The translations under genes and the position numbers were made by a program. A stretch of DNA of 64,000 nt from a virus: IMG/VR virus record IMGVR_UViG_3300032287_004273, positions 1-64,000 of that record; one strand, given 5' to 3'. Below, in pieces: positions 20,594 through 30,125 of this stretch (the stretch's first letter is position 1; each line of letters starts with the position of its first letter). The notes beneath the pieces are model-generated. The model was not told the DNA's origin. It made no database searches and was given only the letters and a program-made list of their open reading frames with translations.

Positions 20594-20707
20594 CCCCCAA
20601 TTGGGGTGCGACACCTGCTGGTGGCTCCATGCCGCCAGACTTGATTTGGCATAGCACCTGATGCTTACGCTGGGTTGGGTCAATGGTGTGACACTGGGAG
20701 AGACTAG
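20594..20707 (+). ncRNA. Unassigned structured RNA, copy B
   Basis: CCCC-AATT-GGGG hairpin, GCGACACCTGC, ACGCTGGGTTG, terminal CTGG-GAGAGA-CTAG hairpin. Confidence 0.6.
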
Positions 20708-20717
20708 AAATTTTAAT

Positions 20718-20804
20718 AGGAGTGCGGCGAAGTTGGAGAGTCGCAGCAGACTGTAAATCTGTTACCTTTTGGTTGAGTCCGTTCGAATCGGTCCACTCCT
20801 ACCA
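20718..20804 (+). tRNA. tRNA-Tyr(GTA)
   Basis: AGGAGTG/CACTCCT acceptor; GCAGA-CTGTAAA-TCTGT; long variable arm; CCA. Confidence 0.92.
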
Positions 20805-20807
20805 TAT

Positions 20808-20879
20808 TCCTGTGTAGCTCAATGGTAGAGCGCCTCGCTGTTAACGAGGATGTTGTAGGTTCGAGTCCTACCGCAGGAG
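20808..20879 (+). tRNA. tRNA-Asn(GTT)
   Basis: TCCTGTG/CGCAGGA acceptor; CCTCG-CTGTTAA-CGAGG; no encoded CCA. Confidence 0.93.
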
Positions 20880-20900
20880 CTTTTTTGTGTAAAAAATTAG

Positions 20901-22031
20901 ATGCAAACTTTCACTGAAAAATGGACTGATCTACATAAAGAAGTAGATTTAAATTTACTAAGCAATAATTCTAATGAAGATGGTTTTGTTAGAATGGACT
21001 TGGTAATGCCCAAATTATATACTCCGAAACATTATTTAGCAACAAATGGATATTTAAAAGATCGAAAATTTTCAATAGATATAAACGGTTCTAAAAAAAC
21101 GTCAAACGGAGAAGTTTATTTGAAATATGGATATTTTGTAATGAACAATGTTCATTTTTCAGATCAATATTTTTTTATAAAAGAAAATAAATATCAAGAT
21201 TACAACTTTGGAATCGTTGACAATAATCCAGAAAAATCACTTGGACGTTTTTTGCCAGAGGCAGAAATTAAAAAAGATTTAAATCAATCAATAATAATTG
21301 AGGAACCTTGCTTTTTATGCTTACCCTCTAGGGGTCACTACCCAAATTATGGGGCATTTTTAACCCAAGTTACAACTCAAATTCATGAGTTTAGAAAAAT
21401 TAATAAAACAATAAAAATTGCAGTAAATAAAACTTTAAAATGGCAAAATGCTGCATTAAAATATTTTTTTCCAGATTTAGATTTTATTGAAATTGATATT
21501 TGGCCAATGAAAAATAGTATCTTTTTTAAAAAAATTGTAATACCTTTTGCAAAAAACGCTACTATTTTATCTAAAAACGATATAGATTTTTTTAAAAAAA
21601 ATAGCTTTCATAAAGATTCGAATCGAAGAATTTTCTTATCAAGATTAAAACAGAATGGAAGAAAATTAGTGAACGAAGATAAGGTTGTTGATTTCTTAAA
21701 AAGCAAAAATTTTGAAATTATCTTCCCAGAAGAAAAAGATACTCGACAAATTTCAGAAATTTTAGGCGAAGCGGAATATGTTTTTGGAACTGGTGGAGCT
21801 GGAATGTTCAATTCCATATTTTGCAAACCAAATACTAAATTTCTATCGATAGAAGGCGGAAGATGGGCAACCGTACATTCAAAAATGTTTAGTGCAATTG
21901 GATTAGACTATTCAATAATACAACCGCACCCAACCTTACCCTTAGATCAAATTAAAAATTTGGGACAATGTGAATCTTATGTTAATATTGATGAGTTTAT
22001 TAATTTCGTAGAAACAAATTACAATTTGTAA
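20901..22031 (+). CDS. Glycosyltransferase family 61-like protein
   Basis: NYGAFL, RIFLSR...RKLVNE, FEIIFPE, GAGMFNSIFC. Confidence 0.8.
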   Translation: MQTFTEKWTDLHKEVDLNLLSNNSNEDGFVRMDLVMPKLYTPKHYLATNGYLKDRKFSIDINGSKKTSNGEVYLKYGYFVMNNVHFSDQYFFIKENKYQDYNFGIVDNNPEKSLGRFLPEAEIKKDLNQSIIIEEPCFLCLPSRGHYPNYGAFLTQVTTQIHEFRKINKTIKIAVNKTLKWQNAALKYFFPDLDFIEIDIWPMKNSIFFKKIVIPFAKNATILSKNDIDFFKKNSFHKDSNRRIFLSRLKQNGRKLVNEDKVVDFLKSKNFEIIFPEEKDTRQISEILGEAEYVFGTGGAGMFNSIFCKPNTKFLSIEGGRWATVHSKMFSAIGLDYSIIQPHPTLPLDQIKNLGQCESYVNIDEFINFVETNYNL

Positions 22032-22032
22032 C

Positions 22033-22236
22033 ATGGGTCTAGAAAAAGCAATTCTTCATAAGAAAGAAAAAAGAAAACCCTATAGATACTCTCAAAGGTT
22101 TGACTATTCCTGTCGGAATCATGGCTCATGCCCTTGGTGTTTACATAATCGCACTTATTCTCATCGTAAAAATAAATTAATTTGTTTAGAAAAGATAAAA
22201 GAATTTAATAATGAGTGGAAGAATAGACAAGATTGA
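22033..22236 (+). CDS. Small Cys/His-containing hypothetical protein
   Basis: SCRNHGSCPWC motif. Confidence 0.65.
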   Translation: MGLEKAILHKKEKRKPYRYSQRFDYSCRNHGSCPWCLHNRTYSHRKNKLICLEKIKEFNNEWKNRQD

Positions 22237-22621
22237 TTGGTGGCTTGAATTAGCAGATGTCGCTTCAAAACGCAGCGAAGATCCCTATCACAAAGTTGGT
22301 GCGGTAGCAATTAGAGAAGACGGCTCAATTGCTGGCGTCAGTTATAATGGCGCACCACCTAAAATAGAAATTGATTGGTCAGATCGAGAAAAAAGAAGAC
22401 AATTTGTTATCCATGCGGAAACAAATTTACTAAGATATATTAAACCCCAAGAATGTCCAAATGTTGCGGTAACTTTAGCTCCTTGTTATGACTGCCTAAA
22501 GAATTTGGCTTCTTATGGAGTTAAAAAAATTTATTTTAAATCCTATTATGACAAATGTGATAGATCAATTCTTGCAAAAATGGCTTACATTTATAAAATA
22601 GAATTGTATCATTGTTCGTAA
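22211..22621 (+). CDS. dCMP deaminase
   Basis: RSED...KVGA, YNG, HAETN, PCYDC zinc motif. Confidence 0.9.
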   Translation: MSGRIDKIDWWLELADVASKRSEDPYHKVGAVAIREDGSIAGVSYNGAPPKIEIDWSDREKRRQFVIHAETNLLRYIKPQECPNVAVTLAPCYDCLKNLASYGVKKIYFKSYYDKCDRSILAKMAYIYKIELYHCS

Positions 22622-22676
22622 CTTTTTTATAAATAAAAAAAAACTTTATGTATTTCTTGTTGTAATATTTAATACA

Positions 22677-23804
22677 ATGAAAGACTACATACTGTGGACT
22701 AAAAAACCACAAATAAATTTAAAATCTGATAATTTTAATATTGCGCAATTAGCCCAAATTATAGGTTACGCTGGAAATAATTCTGGGAATTTAATGTATG
22801 TGGAAGGTTTAAAAAAAATTTTAAATAAAAATATAGGCTTTAGTGAGTGGCATTGTTTTCCAAATGATGCAAAAAATTTAATTCTTCCAGCTGCTAATCA
22901 ATTAGGAACGCATACTGATTTAGGAGCTTTGAAAAAATACTGGGAAAGTACTAATAAAAATATAATTATAGTATCGCTAGGTATTCAATCAAAATCTAAT
23001 ACCGAACCTATTTTAACAAAAGGAACCAAGGAATGGCTTGATTTTATAGTAAAAAACGTTGAAAATAAAAAATCTTTTATATCAACTAGGGGTGAACATA
23101 CCAAATCATTTATAAACGATTTATACAATAAAGAAATCGCCAAAGTTTCTGGTTGCCCATCTCAATTTTTGTCTAATCCAGAAGAAATGTTGAGTAGTTT
23201 AAAAAAACGTTTAAATAAAAAACTTTTAACATTAACTGTTAATTCGAGCCATTATGCTTGGTCATTTTTTTTTAAATGTGAAGAATTTTTTATAAATGAA
23301 ATAAAAAAAAATGATGGAAGGTATATAGTTCAAGCTCCTGTTGAAAATATTTTATCTGTACTTTTGAAAAATGAAAGCGGAGAAAATATTGCAGAAGACG
23401 ATTTAAGTTTTTTAGATATAAAAAATATATGTTCTTCTAATTTCTTTCACAATAAATGTGAATTTTTTATAGATATAGACGAATGGATGAACTGCGTTAA
23501 AAATTATGATTATAACATAGGCTGCAGAATACATGGTTGCATGGCATCTATGGCCGCTGGCGTGCCATCTTTTTTATTTGTGACCGATACCAGAACTAAA
23601 GAATTTGCAAAAACAATGCATTTACCACATACAGAAGATTTATCATTAGACGACCCTATTAATTTTGCTAAAGAAAAATTAAAAACTCATGATTTTGAAA
23701 AAATGTTCCAAATTTGGAAACAAAATGCAAAAGTATTTAAAGAATTATTTGAAATTAACGAAATATCATTAAGTTCTGAATTTTTAAACAACTGGATAAA
23801 CTAA
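22677..23804 (+). CDS. Polysaccharide pyruvyltransferase-family protein
   Basis: NSGN, STRG..T, GCPS, GCRIHG..AS.AAGVP. Confidence 0.8.
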   Translation: MKDYILWTKKPQINLKSDNFNIAQLAQIIGYAGNNSGNLMYVEGLKKILNKNIGFSEWHCFPNDAKNLILPAANQLGTHTDLGALKKYWESTNKNIIIVSLGIQSKSNTEPILTKGTKEWLDFIVKNVENKKSFISTRGEHTKSFINDLYNKEIAKVSGCPSQFLSNPEEMLSSLKKRLNKKLLTLTVNSSHYAWSFFFKCEEFFINEIKKNDGRYIVQAPVENILSVLLKNESGENIAEDDLSFLDIKNICSSNFFHNKCEFFIDIDEWMNCVKNYDYNIGCRIHGCMASMAAGVPSFLFVTDTRTKEFAKTMHLPHTEDLSLDDPINFAKEKLKTHDFEKMFQIWKQNAKVFKELFEINEISLSSEFLNNWIN

Positions 23805-23805
23805 T

Positions 23806-25338
23806 ATGTCAAAAAAATATAAAAAATTACCAGATGATTTTGATGCGGGTTTGTATAAGCACATTCACAAAGATTTAAAAAAATATAATGATTTGGAAGC
23901 TAAAATTCATTATATGACAATAGGATTTGATGAACAAAGAAACTATCAATTAGAAAATCAAATACCAAAAGATTTTGATGCAGAAATGTACAAATATTAT
24001 AATCCAGATTTAAATTCAATGAATGATTTGCAGTTGAAAATTCATTATTTAAAATATGGCATATCAGAAGGAAGAGTTTACAAAATTGAATTACCTAATG
24101 ATTTTGATGTAAAAACTTATGCGTTATTAAATAAAGATATAACTAATATGCCAAATGGGTGGCTTGAAATGCATTATTCTCAATACGGAAAAAAAGAAGA
24201 TAGGAAATACAAAGATGATCTTTTTGATAAAGATTTTTTCATAAAAGAAAATAATATAATAAATTATTCTGGATATCAAGATTATTTAAAAGACATTCGT
24301 CAAATTAAATCTAAAAAAATTAAAAATTTAGTAGATAAAATTAAAGAAATTAAAGATTGTATCTTGTTAATAAGCCATGAAAATTCAATATATGGCGCAA
24401 CTAATTATTTATATACAATATACAAAATGCTTAAAAAAAATAACAAAAATGTTATTTTGATTGATGATTTTGAAAATACAAAAATATTAAATAAATTTTC
24501 TTTAAAAAAAGAAGAAGTTTTGACTTATCTTGGAGATCCGACTTTGTTGTACTGGATATGCAATAAAATTAATCCAAAATTAATATATTTTAATTCAATG
24601 AATTCTCAAATTGCTGATGTGGTTAAATTTATAGACAAAAGCAAATATATTATTCATAGCCATGAAATTAGACAGCATTTTACTTGCGATATATTTCCAA
24701 CTTTTGTTGTGTCAAAAAGAATAAGCGAGCAATACAATTCAATCCCTAAAATTCAGCAACCTATTTTCACTGAAGATATGATTGAAATAATGAATAAAAA
24801 CTTAAAAGAAAACTTTGAAGTTAGAAATTTAAATGGTCTAATAAATAAAAATAAAATAACTATTGGTATGTGTGGTAGTTTAACAGAAAGAAAGAACTAT
24901 AGATTATTTATTGAGACGGCAAAAGAATTAAAGGATTTTAATTTTCTTTGGATTGGTGGTAGCGAAACTATCGAAAGTAAAGAAATACCAAATCTGTACC
25001 ATATAAAAGATACAAAGCGTCCACATTCATACTATAAACATATGGATTATTTTGTTCTTTTTTCTAAACAAGATCCATGCCCATATGTTGTTTTGGAAAA
25101 TTTATTCATGGGAAATAAAGTATTGACTTTTAAAGAGAATATCTATACAGATCATAAGTGCGATCTTTTAAAAGACATTTACTTTGAATTTGACGGAGAA
25201 ATTAATTTAGATAATGCTATTGAATTTATTCAAAAGATTTGCGTTAATAAAGCAGATAGATCAAATCAAAACGGCAAAATATATATAGAACAAAATTTCA
25301 CGAAATTAACTGACGACATGTTAAATTTATTGAAATAA
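23806..25338 (+). CDS. Glycosyltransferase (GT-B) with three N-terminal FD..Y...DL...HY...G..E.R repeats
   Basis: Repeats visible in the N-terminus; CGSLTERK, FLWIGG, FSKQDPCPYVVLE. Confidence 0.8.
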   Translation: MSKKYKKLPDDFDAGLYKHIHKDLKKYNDLEAKIHYMTIGFDEQRNYQLENQIPKDFDAEMYKYYNPDLNSMNDLQLKIHYLKYGISEGRVYKIELPNDFDVKTYALLNKDITNMPNGWLEMHYSQYGKKEDRKYKDDLFDKDFFIKENNIINYSGYQDYLKDIRQIKSKKIKNLVDKIKEIKDCILLISHENSIYGATNYLYTIYKMLKKNNKNVILIDDFENTKILNKFSLKKEEVLTYLGDPTLLYWICNKINPKLIYFNSMNSQIADVVKFIDKSKYIIHSHEIRQHFTCDIFPTFVVSKRISEQYNSIPKIQQPIFTEDMIEIMNKNLKENFEVRNLNGLINKNKITIGMCGSLTERKNYRLFIETAKELKDFNFLWIGGSETIESKEIPNLYHIKDTKRPHSYYKHMDYFVLFSKQDPCPYVVLENLFMGNKVLTFKENIYTDHKCDLLKDIYFEFDGEINLDNAIEFIQKICVNKADRSNQNGKIYIEQNFTKLTDDMLNLLK

Positions 25339-25496
25339 TGAAAAATATTCTTTATCTTTGGTTTAAAGCCCTTGGAGAAAAAGCTCATGAAGATCCCAAG
25401 ATAGCTGATAGAGTTGCCATCATTAGGACGATAATTTTATTGATTTATTTAATCACAAACTTCGTGATTATTGCTGGCGTAATTCGCCATTGGTAA
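25338..25496 (+). CDS. Small membrane protein (52 aa)
   Basis: Not in ORF track; MKNILYLWFKALGEKAHEDPKIADRVAIIRTIILLIYLITNFVIIAGVIRHW. Confidence 0.65.
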   Translation: MKNILYLWFKALGEKAHEDPKIADRVAIIRTIILLIYLITNFVIIAGVIRHW

Positions 25497-25538
25497 TTTT
25501 GCGCTTGACTTTTCATTAATTTTGCATATATTCGACGC

Positions 25539-26495
25539 ATGAAGACATTAGTAATCGATTCCCACAAAGGTGGGCCAAAACTTTCCAACAATCTACACTT
25601 ACTCAATGCAAAAACAATCTCAGATCACTTGGGCGCAGACCTCATCTGGTCGTATGAAGGAGTCAATGATAGCATTAAATCTGGCTATGACGCTATTATC
25701 TTTAATCACGCATCTCATTATTCTTTCGTGGATTATAAGTGGTTAGAAGAAAGTCCAAATGCCAAACTTTTTTATATTACAAATGAATACAATCTGGGCG
25801 AACCTCGCGCACTTTGGATGGCTGTTAAGCGTGGACGTAAGTATGATGTTATTGCAAATCATTCTCACGAGCCAAGCAAAGTGGTAATGAAGTATGTAGA
25901 CAAATGGAACATTCTTAATCTAAATTCATTAATTCATTCACCAGTAAAAACAGACATACACAGTAAAAATGACATCATTTATCATGGCTCATTTCGGGCC
26001 GACAGAGCAAAATATTTTAGCAAGTATCTTAGCTCTGATGTTATCGTTAGTACTCATCAAAAGAATCGTGAAAAATTCTTAAACGCTGGAGTAAAAACAG
26101 AAAAATTCATTGATAGAATTAAATGGGACAAGGATGGACTAGCTCCATATCTTTGTTCACTTTATATCGAAGATGAAAAAACTCATACCTATTACAATCA
26201 TCTAGCCAATAGATTTTACGAATCTCTAAATTATAATGTTATACCACTCTTCTCTGAAGAGTGCGTCAATACTATTGAGCTTTCGAAGTATCCAATTACA
26301 ACTGATTTAATATTTTCAAATCCTGATCAATTAAAGCAAAAGTATGATTTCGTAAAAAATAATCGAGATTATATGATTCAATTGTTGGTGAATTGGGATA
26401 TTAAAGCTGGACAAGAAAAGCGCAAGGTATTGGATGATATTAAATATTTAGTTTATGGACCAGAAAATTATACAGCTTCAATTAACGCAAGATGA
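25539..26495 (+). CDS. T4 DNA beta-glucosyltransferase-like GT-B protein (putative)
   Basis: DIIYHGSFR and NRFYESL resemble T4 BGT IYGGSFR and RVWETM; own sigma70-type promoter. Confidence 0.5.
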   Translation: MKTLVIDSHKGGPKLSNNLHLLNAKTISDHLGADLIWSYEGVNDSIKSGYDAIIFNHASHYSFVDYKWLEESPNAKLFYITNEYNLGEPRALWMAVKRGRKYDVIANHSHEPSKVVMKYVDKWNILNLNSLIHSPVKTDIHSKNDIIYHGSFRADRAKYFSKYLSSDVIVSTHQKNREKFLNAGVKTEKFIDRIKWDKDGLAPYLCSLYIEDEKTHTYYNHLANRFYESLNYNVIPLFSEECVNTIELSKYPITTDLIFSNPDQLKQKYDFVKNNRDYMIQLLVNWDIKAGQEKRKVLDDIKYLVYGPENYTASINAR

Positions 26496-26652
26496 ATTAC
26501 AGATCATGAAGGAAGCTCTATGGAATTATCAGCTAGAGACTGACAGAAGTTCGAGAAAGCTTGCCTTTAGATATCTAAAAGGTATTGTTGAAGAGTTGAC
26601 TTCAAAATCACAAAGATCAAAAGATCTATCCGAAAGAATAAAAGATTTATAA
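26455..26652 (+). CDS. Hypothetical protein
   Basis: Packed ORF. Confidence 0.55.
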   Translation: MDQKIIQLQLTQDELQIMKEALWNYQLETDRSSRKLAFRYLKGIVEELTSKSQRSKDLSERIKDL

Positions 26653-26653
26653 T

Positions 26654-27256
26654 ATGGGCATGTTCGACACAGTTCTCGTCAAAGACAAACTAATTGAACC
26701 ATTAGTTGATAAAGATATTTTCGAGGCTATTCAAAAAGATGTAGAAGATGGTTTTCTTTCTTTCCAAACAAAAGATTTAGAAAACTGTTTATTTTGCTAC
26801 AAGATTGATGAAGATAAAAAATTAATGCAACAAAGATATGGTTTCATTGAAGACGAAACTGAGCCTCTTGGAGGCAGAACTGAACCTCAAGAAGCCACTC
26901 ACGATACTCGCACAACATATATTGAATTTTATGATGGTTTAGGAGAGGTTGGAGAAGACAATATTTTTATTACTTTTAAAGCTCATATTGTTAAAGGTGA
27001 GGTTCAAGATATATCAGTTTTCCAAATAGAGAGAACTAATATAAAAGAAATGGAAGAGAATGGTAAAAAAATCCAAGAAAGATGGGCAAAAATTCGCTCA
27101 ACTCCAGAATGGAGATTGTGGCATTTAATCAACAACATTGAATGGAAAATTAATAGATTCTTTTATCCAGTTAGTCGCAAATACTCTTCCTTCAAAATAT
27201 ATTTAAGACAAAAAGCTGAATCAAAATTTCCAGATGAAAACTCTAGTAGTTGGTGA
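26654..27256 (+). CDS. Hypothetical phage protein (MGMFD...FQTKD type)
   Basis: 200-aa packed ORF. Confidence 0.7.
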   Translation: MGMFDTVLVKDKLIEPLVDKDIFEAIQKDVEDGFLSFQTKDLENCLFCYKIDEDKKLMQQRYGFIEDETEPLGGRTEPQEATHDTRTTYIEFYDGLGEVGEDNIFITFKAHIVKGEVQDISVFQIERTNIKEMEENGKKIQERWAKIRSTPEWRLWHLINNIEWKINRFFYPVSRKYSSFKIYLRQKAESKFPDENSSSW

Positions 27257-27962
27257 CGTTCATCAAAAAATAGATCAAGTCGAAAAAATAATTTCTGGTT
27301 GGAGTGATCAGATTATTTTTATTGGTGATTATTTTGATGACTTTAACGATACTCCAGAAGATGCAAGAAGAACGGCAAAATGGCTTAAAGAATCTTTGCA
27401 AAAGCCTAATAGAATTCATCTTATGGGTAATCACGATTACAATTATCGTATTCGCCCACCAGGCGCTTACTACTGCTCTGGATTCACTTTGGAAAAATAT
27501 GAAGTAATTAATTTAGAATTAACTCTTTCTGATTGGAAAATGATAAAATATTTCCATCATGAAAAAGATTCTTCAACAACCTACTGGTTTTCTCACGCTG
27601 GCGTTAGCACTCATTGGTTTAAGCATCCTGTATTGGGACTCACGACGGAAGTGATCGAGAAAAAAGTTAAAGAAGCTGACGAAGCTATTGAAAATAGACT
27701 CTTCGACAGTCCTCAAACTGCATGCCTAACTGCTGTTGATATGTACAGAGGAGGAAGATGTCAAAAGGGAGGACTGCTTTGGAATCACTGGACAAACTGC
27801 GAAGTATTTGATGGTATTACTCAAATCGTCGGTCACACCACAAGAGATAAAATTAAAATCAAAAGAGGCAAAAGCTTTAATTCTAAAACAGTGAATATTG
27901 ATACTCACTTAAAACAATTTTTAATTATTGATGATGGAAATTTAATTATTAAAAACGCATGA
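27234..27962 (+). CDS. Calcineurin-like metallophosphoesterase
   Basis: GDVH, GDYFD, GNHD, SHAG, VGHT. Confidence 0.9.
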   Translation: MKTLVVGDVHQKIDQVEKIISGWSDQIIFIGDYFDDFNDTPEDARRTAKWLKESLQKPNRIHLMGNHDYNYRIRPPGAYYCSGFTLEKYEVINLELTLSDWKMIKYFHHEKDSSTTYWFSHAGVSTHWFKHPVLGLTTEVIEKKVKEADEAIENRLFDSPQTACLTAVDMYRGGRCQKGGLLWNHWTNCEVFDGITQIVGHTTRDKIKIKRGKSFNSKTVNIDTHLKQFLIIDDGNLIIKNA

Positions 27963-28219
27963 TTTTACCACTAATAAGTAATTTATTAAAATTAGCAGTA
28001 GCATATTTTGAACTTAAAAATAAATCTTTTTATTATGATATACTCGAAAAATCCAGAACCAAATGTAACCAACTTGCAGAAGAGATTGAAAAGCTTCGCG
28101 CCGAAGGCACTCAGTCTTCTACTGATCGCGCTGACGTTCTCTTCATGCGCCTCAAGTCAGAGCAAAAATACGCCGAACATCTTTCAGCCCAATATTCTAA
28201 GATTGAAGCAGGGAACTGA
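27959..28219 (+). CDS. Candidate inner-membrane spanin (Rz-like)
   Basis: Hydrophobic N-terminus then a helical, charged region; overlaps a lipoprotein ORF in another frame. Confidence 0.45.
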   Translation: MILPLISNLLKLAVAYFELKNKSFYYDILEKSRTKCNQLAEEIEKLRAEGTQSSTDRADVLFMRLKSEQKYAEHLSAQYSKIEAGN

Positions 28220-28319
28220 GTTAATTACTATAGACGGTCGATACATTGCTCAATGCGATGAAGTTTGGCATAGTGATGCGCGTTATAGAAAATTAGAAAG
28301 AGAATCTTTGTACAAATGA
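28086..28319 (+). CDS. Lipoprotein, candidate outer-membrane spanin (Rz1-like); start uncertain
   Basis: TTG start, KSFAPKALSLLLIALTFSS-C lipobox, +1 frame relative to 27959..28219. Confidence 0.45.
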   Translation: MKSFAPKALSLLLIALTFSSCASSQSKNTPNIFQPNILRLKQGTELITIDGRYIAQCDEVWHSDARYRKLERESLYK

Positions 28320-28663
28320 ATTTATCTAAAAAAAATCTTGCAGTTATTTATGCTCACCAAATAGGATTTAAAATTAAAGATAACAAAATTTTTAATCCTT
28401 CAAATAACGAAGTGCAATTTTTCGTGAGAAACGGATGCCCTTCAATAAATGTTAAAGTGCCCATTGATCATATTAATCATGCAAAATCTGACAAAGAACT
28501 GAGAACAATTTCCGTTCATAAACTTGCTGCTTATGAAAAATTTGGAAGCGTAGTTTTTGAAAAAGATATTTGCGTTAAACATATTAATAATGACAAATTA
28601 GATTTTTCATTTTCAAATCTTGAAATATACAAAAAACTACCAGAAAACATAGAAGAAACTTAA
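28316..28663 (+). CDS. HNH endonuclease-like protein (degenerate)
   Basis: SVHKLAA...VKHINNDKLD...NL. Confidence 0.55.
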   Translation: MNLSKKNLAVIYAHQIGFKIKDNKIFNPSNNEVQFFVRNGCPSINVKVPIDHINHAKSDKELRTISVHKLAAYEKFGSVVFEKDICVKHINNDKLDFSFSNLEIYKKLPENIEET

Positions 28664-28664
28664 A

Positions 28665-29372
28665 ATGAAAGTAGATTTAATTGATTACATGGGTAGCGAC
28701 TTGACAGTTGCTAATGCCGCTAGAGTTAGCTTTGACAAACAATCAGATTGGAACATTGTTAGTCACCAAAAAGAATGTTGGGATGATTCCCGAATAGTAG
28801 TGACATCTCCAGTTAGAGAATTAAAAGAAGCTGATAAAAAACTAATTAATTTCTTGGCTCGCGAAAATCACTGGACTCCATTTGGACATTGTTTTCTTCA
28901 ATTCAGGATCAAAGCTCCAATTTTTGTCGCTCGCCAATTAGGTAAGCATCAAGTAGGACTTACTTGGAATGAAATTTCTCGTCGCTATGTGGACAATGAA
29001 CCAGAATTTTATTTTCCAGAAAAGTGGAGAAAAAAGAATCCAGACAAAAAACAAGGCAGCTATGACGACGAATTTGTCGAATTAACATTTGCTGAAGAGT
29101 GTCAACCAAAAGCAGTCGTAAATATGTGCAGGGAATTGTACAATGCAATGATTGATATGCAAGTTTGTGCAGAGCAAGCAAGAATGATCTTGCCGCAAAA
29201 CATGTATACAGAATGGTATTGGAGTGGATCTCTATACGCTTTTGCTCGCATTTGCAGTTTAAGACTCAAGAAAGATACTCAAAAAGAAACAAGGGATATT
29301 GCAGACATGATTTATAAATTGGCTGAAAAAAATTTTCCAGTTTCATGGAAGGCTCTTATGTGTAAAGAGTAG
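28665..29372 (+). CDS. thyX: Flavin-dependent thymidylate synthase
   Basis: NAARVSF, HWTPF, APIFVARQ, NEISRRY, EQARMILPQ, TQKE. Confidence 0.95.
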   Translation: MKVDLIDYMGSDLTVANAARVSFDKQSDWNIVSHQKECWDDSRIVVTSPVRELKEADKKLINFLARENHWTPFGHCFLQFRIKAPIFVARQLGKHQVGLTWNEISRRYVDNEPEFYFPEKWRKKNPDKKQGSYDDEFVELTFAEECQPKAVVNMCRELYNAMIDMQVCAEQARMILPQNMYTEWYWSGSLYAFARICSLRLKKDTQKETRDIADMIYKLAEKNFPVSWKALMCKE

Positions 29373-29373
29373 T

Positions 29374-29580
29374 ATGAAAGTAATAGTATGGCTATCTCAG
29401 CATAGTGAGCAAATTATAGAAGCTCTTACAGCAATCGTAACTGGTGCATCCGCATTAGCTGCACTGACTCCTACTCCAAAAGATGATACATTTTTAGGAA
29501 AAGCTTATAAACTTGTAGATTGGTTAGCTTTGAACGTAGGCAAAGCTAAAGAAACTGGAAAACAAGAAGTTAAAAAGTAA
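29374..29580 (+). CDS. Small membrane protein, holin-like
   Basis: ASALAALTPTPKDD...LALNVG; preceded by GTGTAA. Confidence 0.55.
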   Translation: MKVIVWLSQHSEQIIEALTAIVTGASALAALTPTPKDDTFLGKAYKLVDWLALNVGKAKETGKQEVKK

Positions 29581-29595
29581 TTAAAATATCTTTTT

Positions 29596-29628
29596 AAACC
29601 CCCAGCTCAAAAAGCTGGGGGTTTTTTT
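29596..29628 (+). terminator. Rho-independent terminator
   Basis: CCCCCAGCT-CAAAA-AGCTGGGGG followed by T7. Confidence 0.85.
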
Positions 29629-29663
29629 GTTGACTTTTTTTAAAAAAAAATCATTATACAAAC

Positions 29664-30125
29664 ATGATTTTCAAAAAAGGAATTGCCACAATATCTGTGG
29701 AAAAGGAAGGCAATTTTGTTAAAAAAGTTTTCCAAACTTCTAGTAAATATAAAAAAGAAAGAGATTTTTATCTTTTTACTGCCCCTTTACTTGACTTTGT
29801 GCCCAAGTTGCATAAATTCAATGATGAGTTAAAAACAATTTGGACGGAGTATTGTGGCCAATCTTTAAATTTAAAATATATTCCAAAAGATAGATACAAA
29901 TTTAAAACCAAAATAAGGAAAATGGTTGAGTTTTTAGCCACATTAAACTTATATCATAACGACATTAGATGGAAAAATATTGTAGAAAGTGATGATGGTA
30001 AGCTTTTTTTGATTGACTTTGAGGTCATTTCGAATGAGAATAAGGAAAGAGATCCAGAAAATATTATTACAGAAAAATATGAAAAAAGTACCAACAGTCC
30101 ACGAACTAAGAAAAAAGGGTTATAA
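29664..30125 (+). CDS. Minimal protein-kinase-like/phosphotransferase protein
   Basis: VKK...E, HNDIRWKN, LIDFE. Confidence 0.75.
   Translation: MIFKKGIATISVEKEGNFVKKVFQTSSKYKKERDFYLFTAPLLDFVPKLHKFNDELKTIWTEYCGQSLNLKYIPKDRYKFKTKIRKMVEFLATLNLYHNDIRWKNIVESDDGKLFLIDFEVISNENKERDPENIITEKYEKSTNSPRTKKKGL

Noticed and set aside
20379-20657. Minus-strand ORF, and likewise 52878..53279 and 53382..53738 on the plus strand
   Set aside because: They overlap well-formed tRNA or ncRNA genes on the opposite strand
20423-20707. tmRNA or RNase P RNA
   Set aside because: No tRNA-Ala-like ends or tag reading frame, and no RNase P GAGGAAAGTCC-type core
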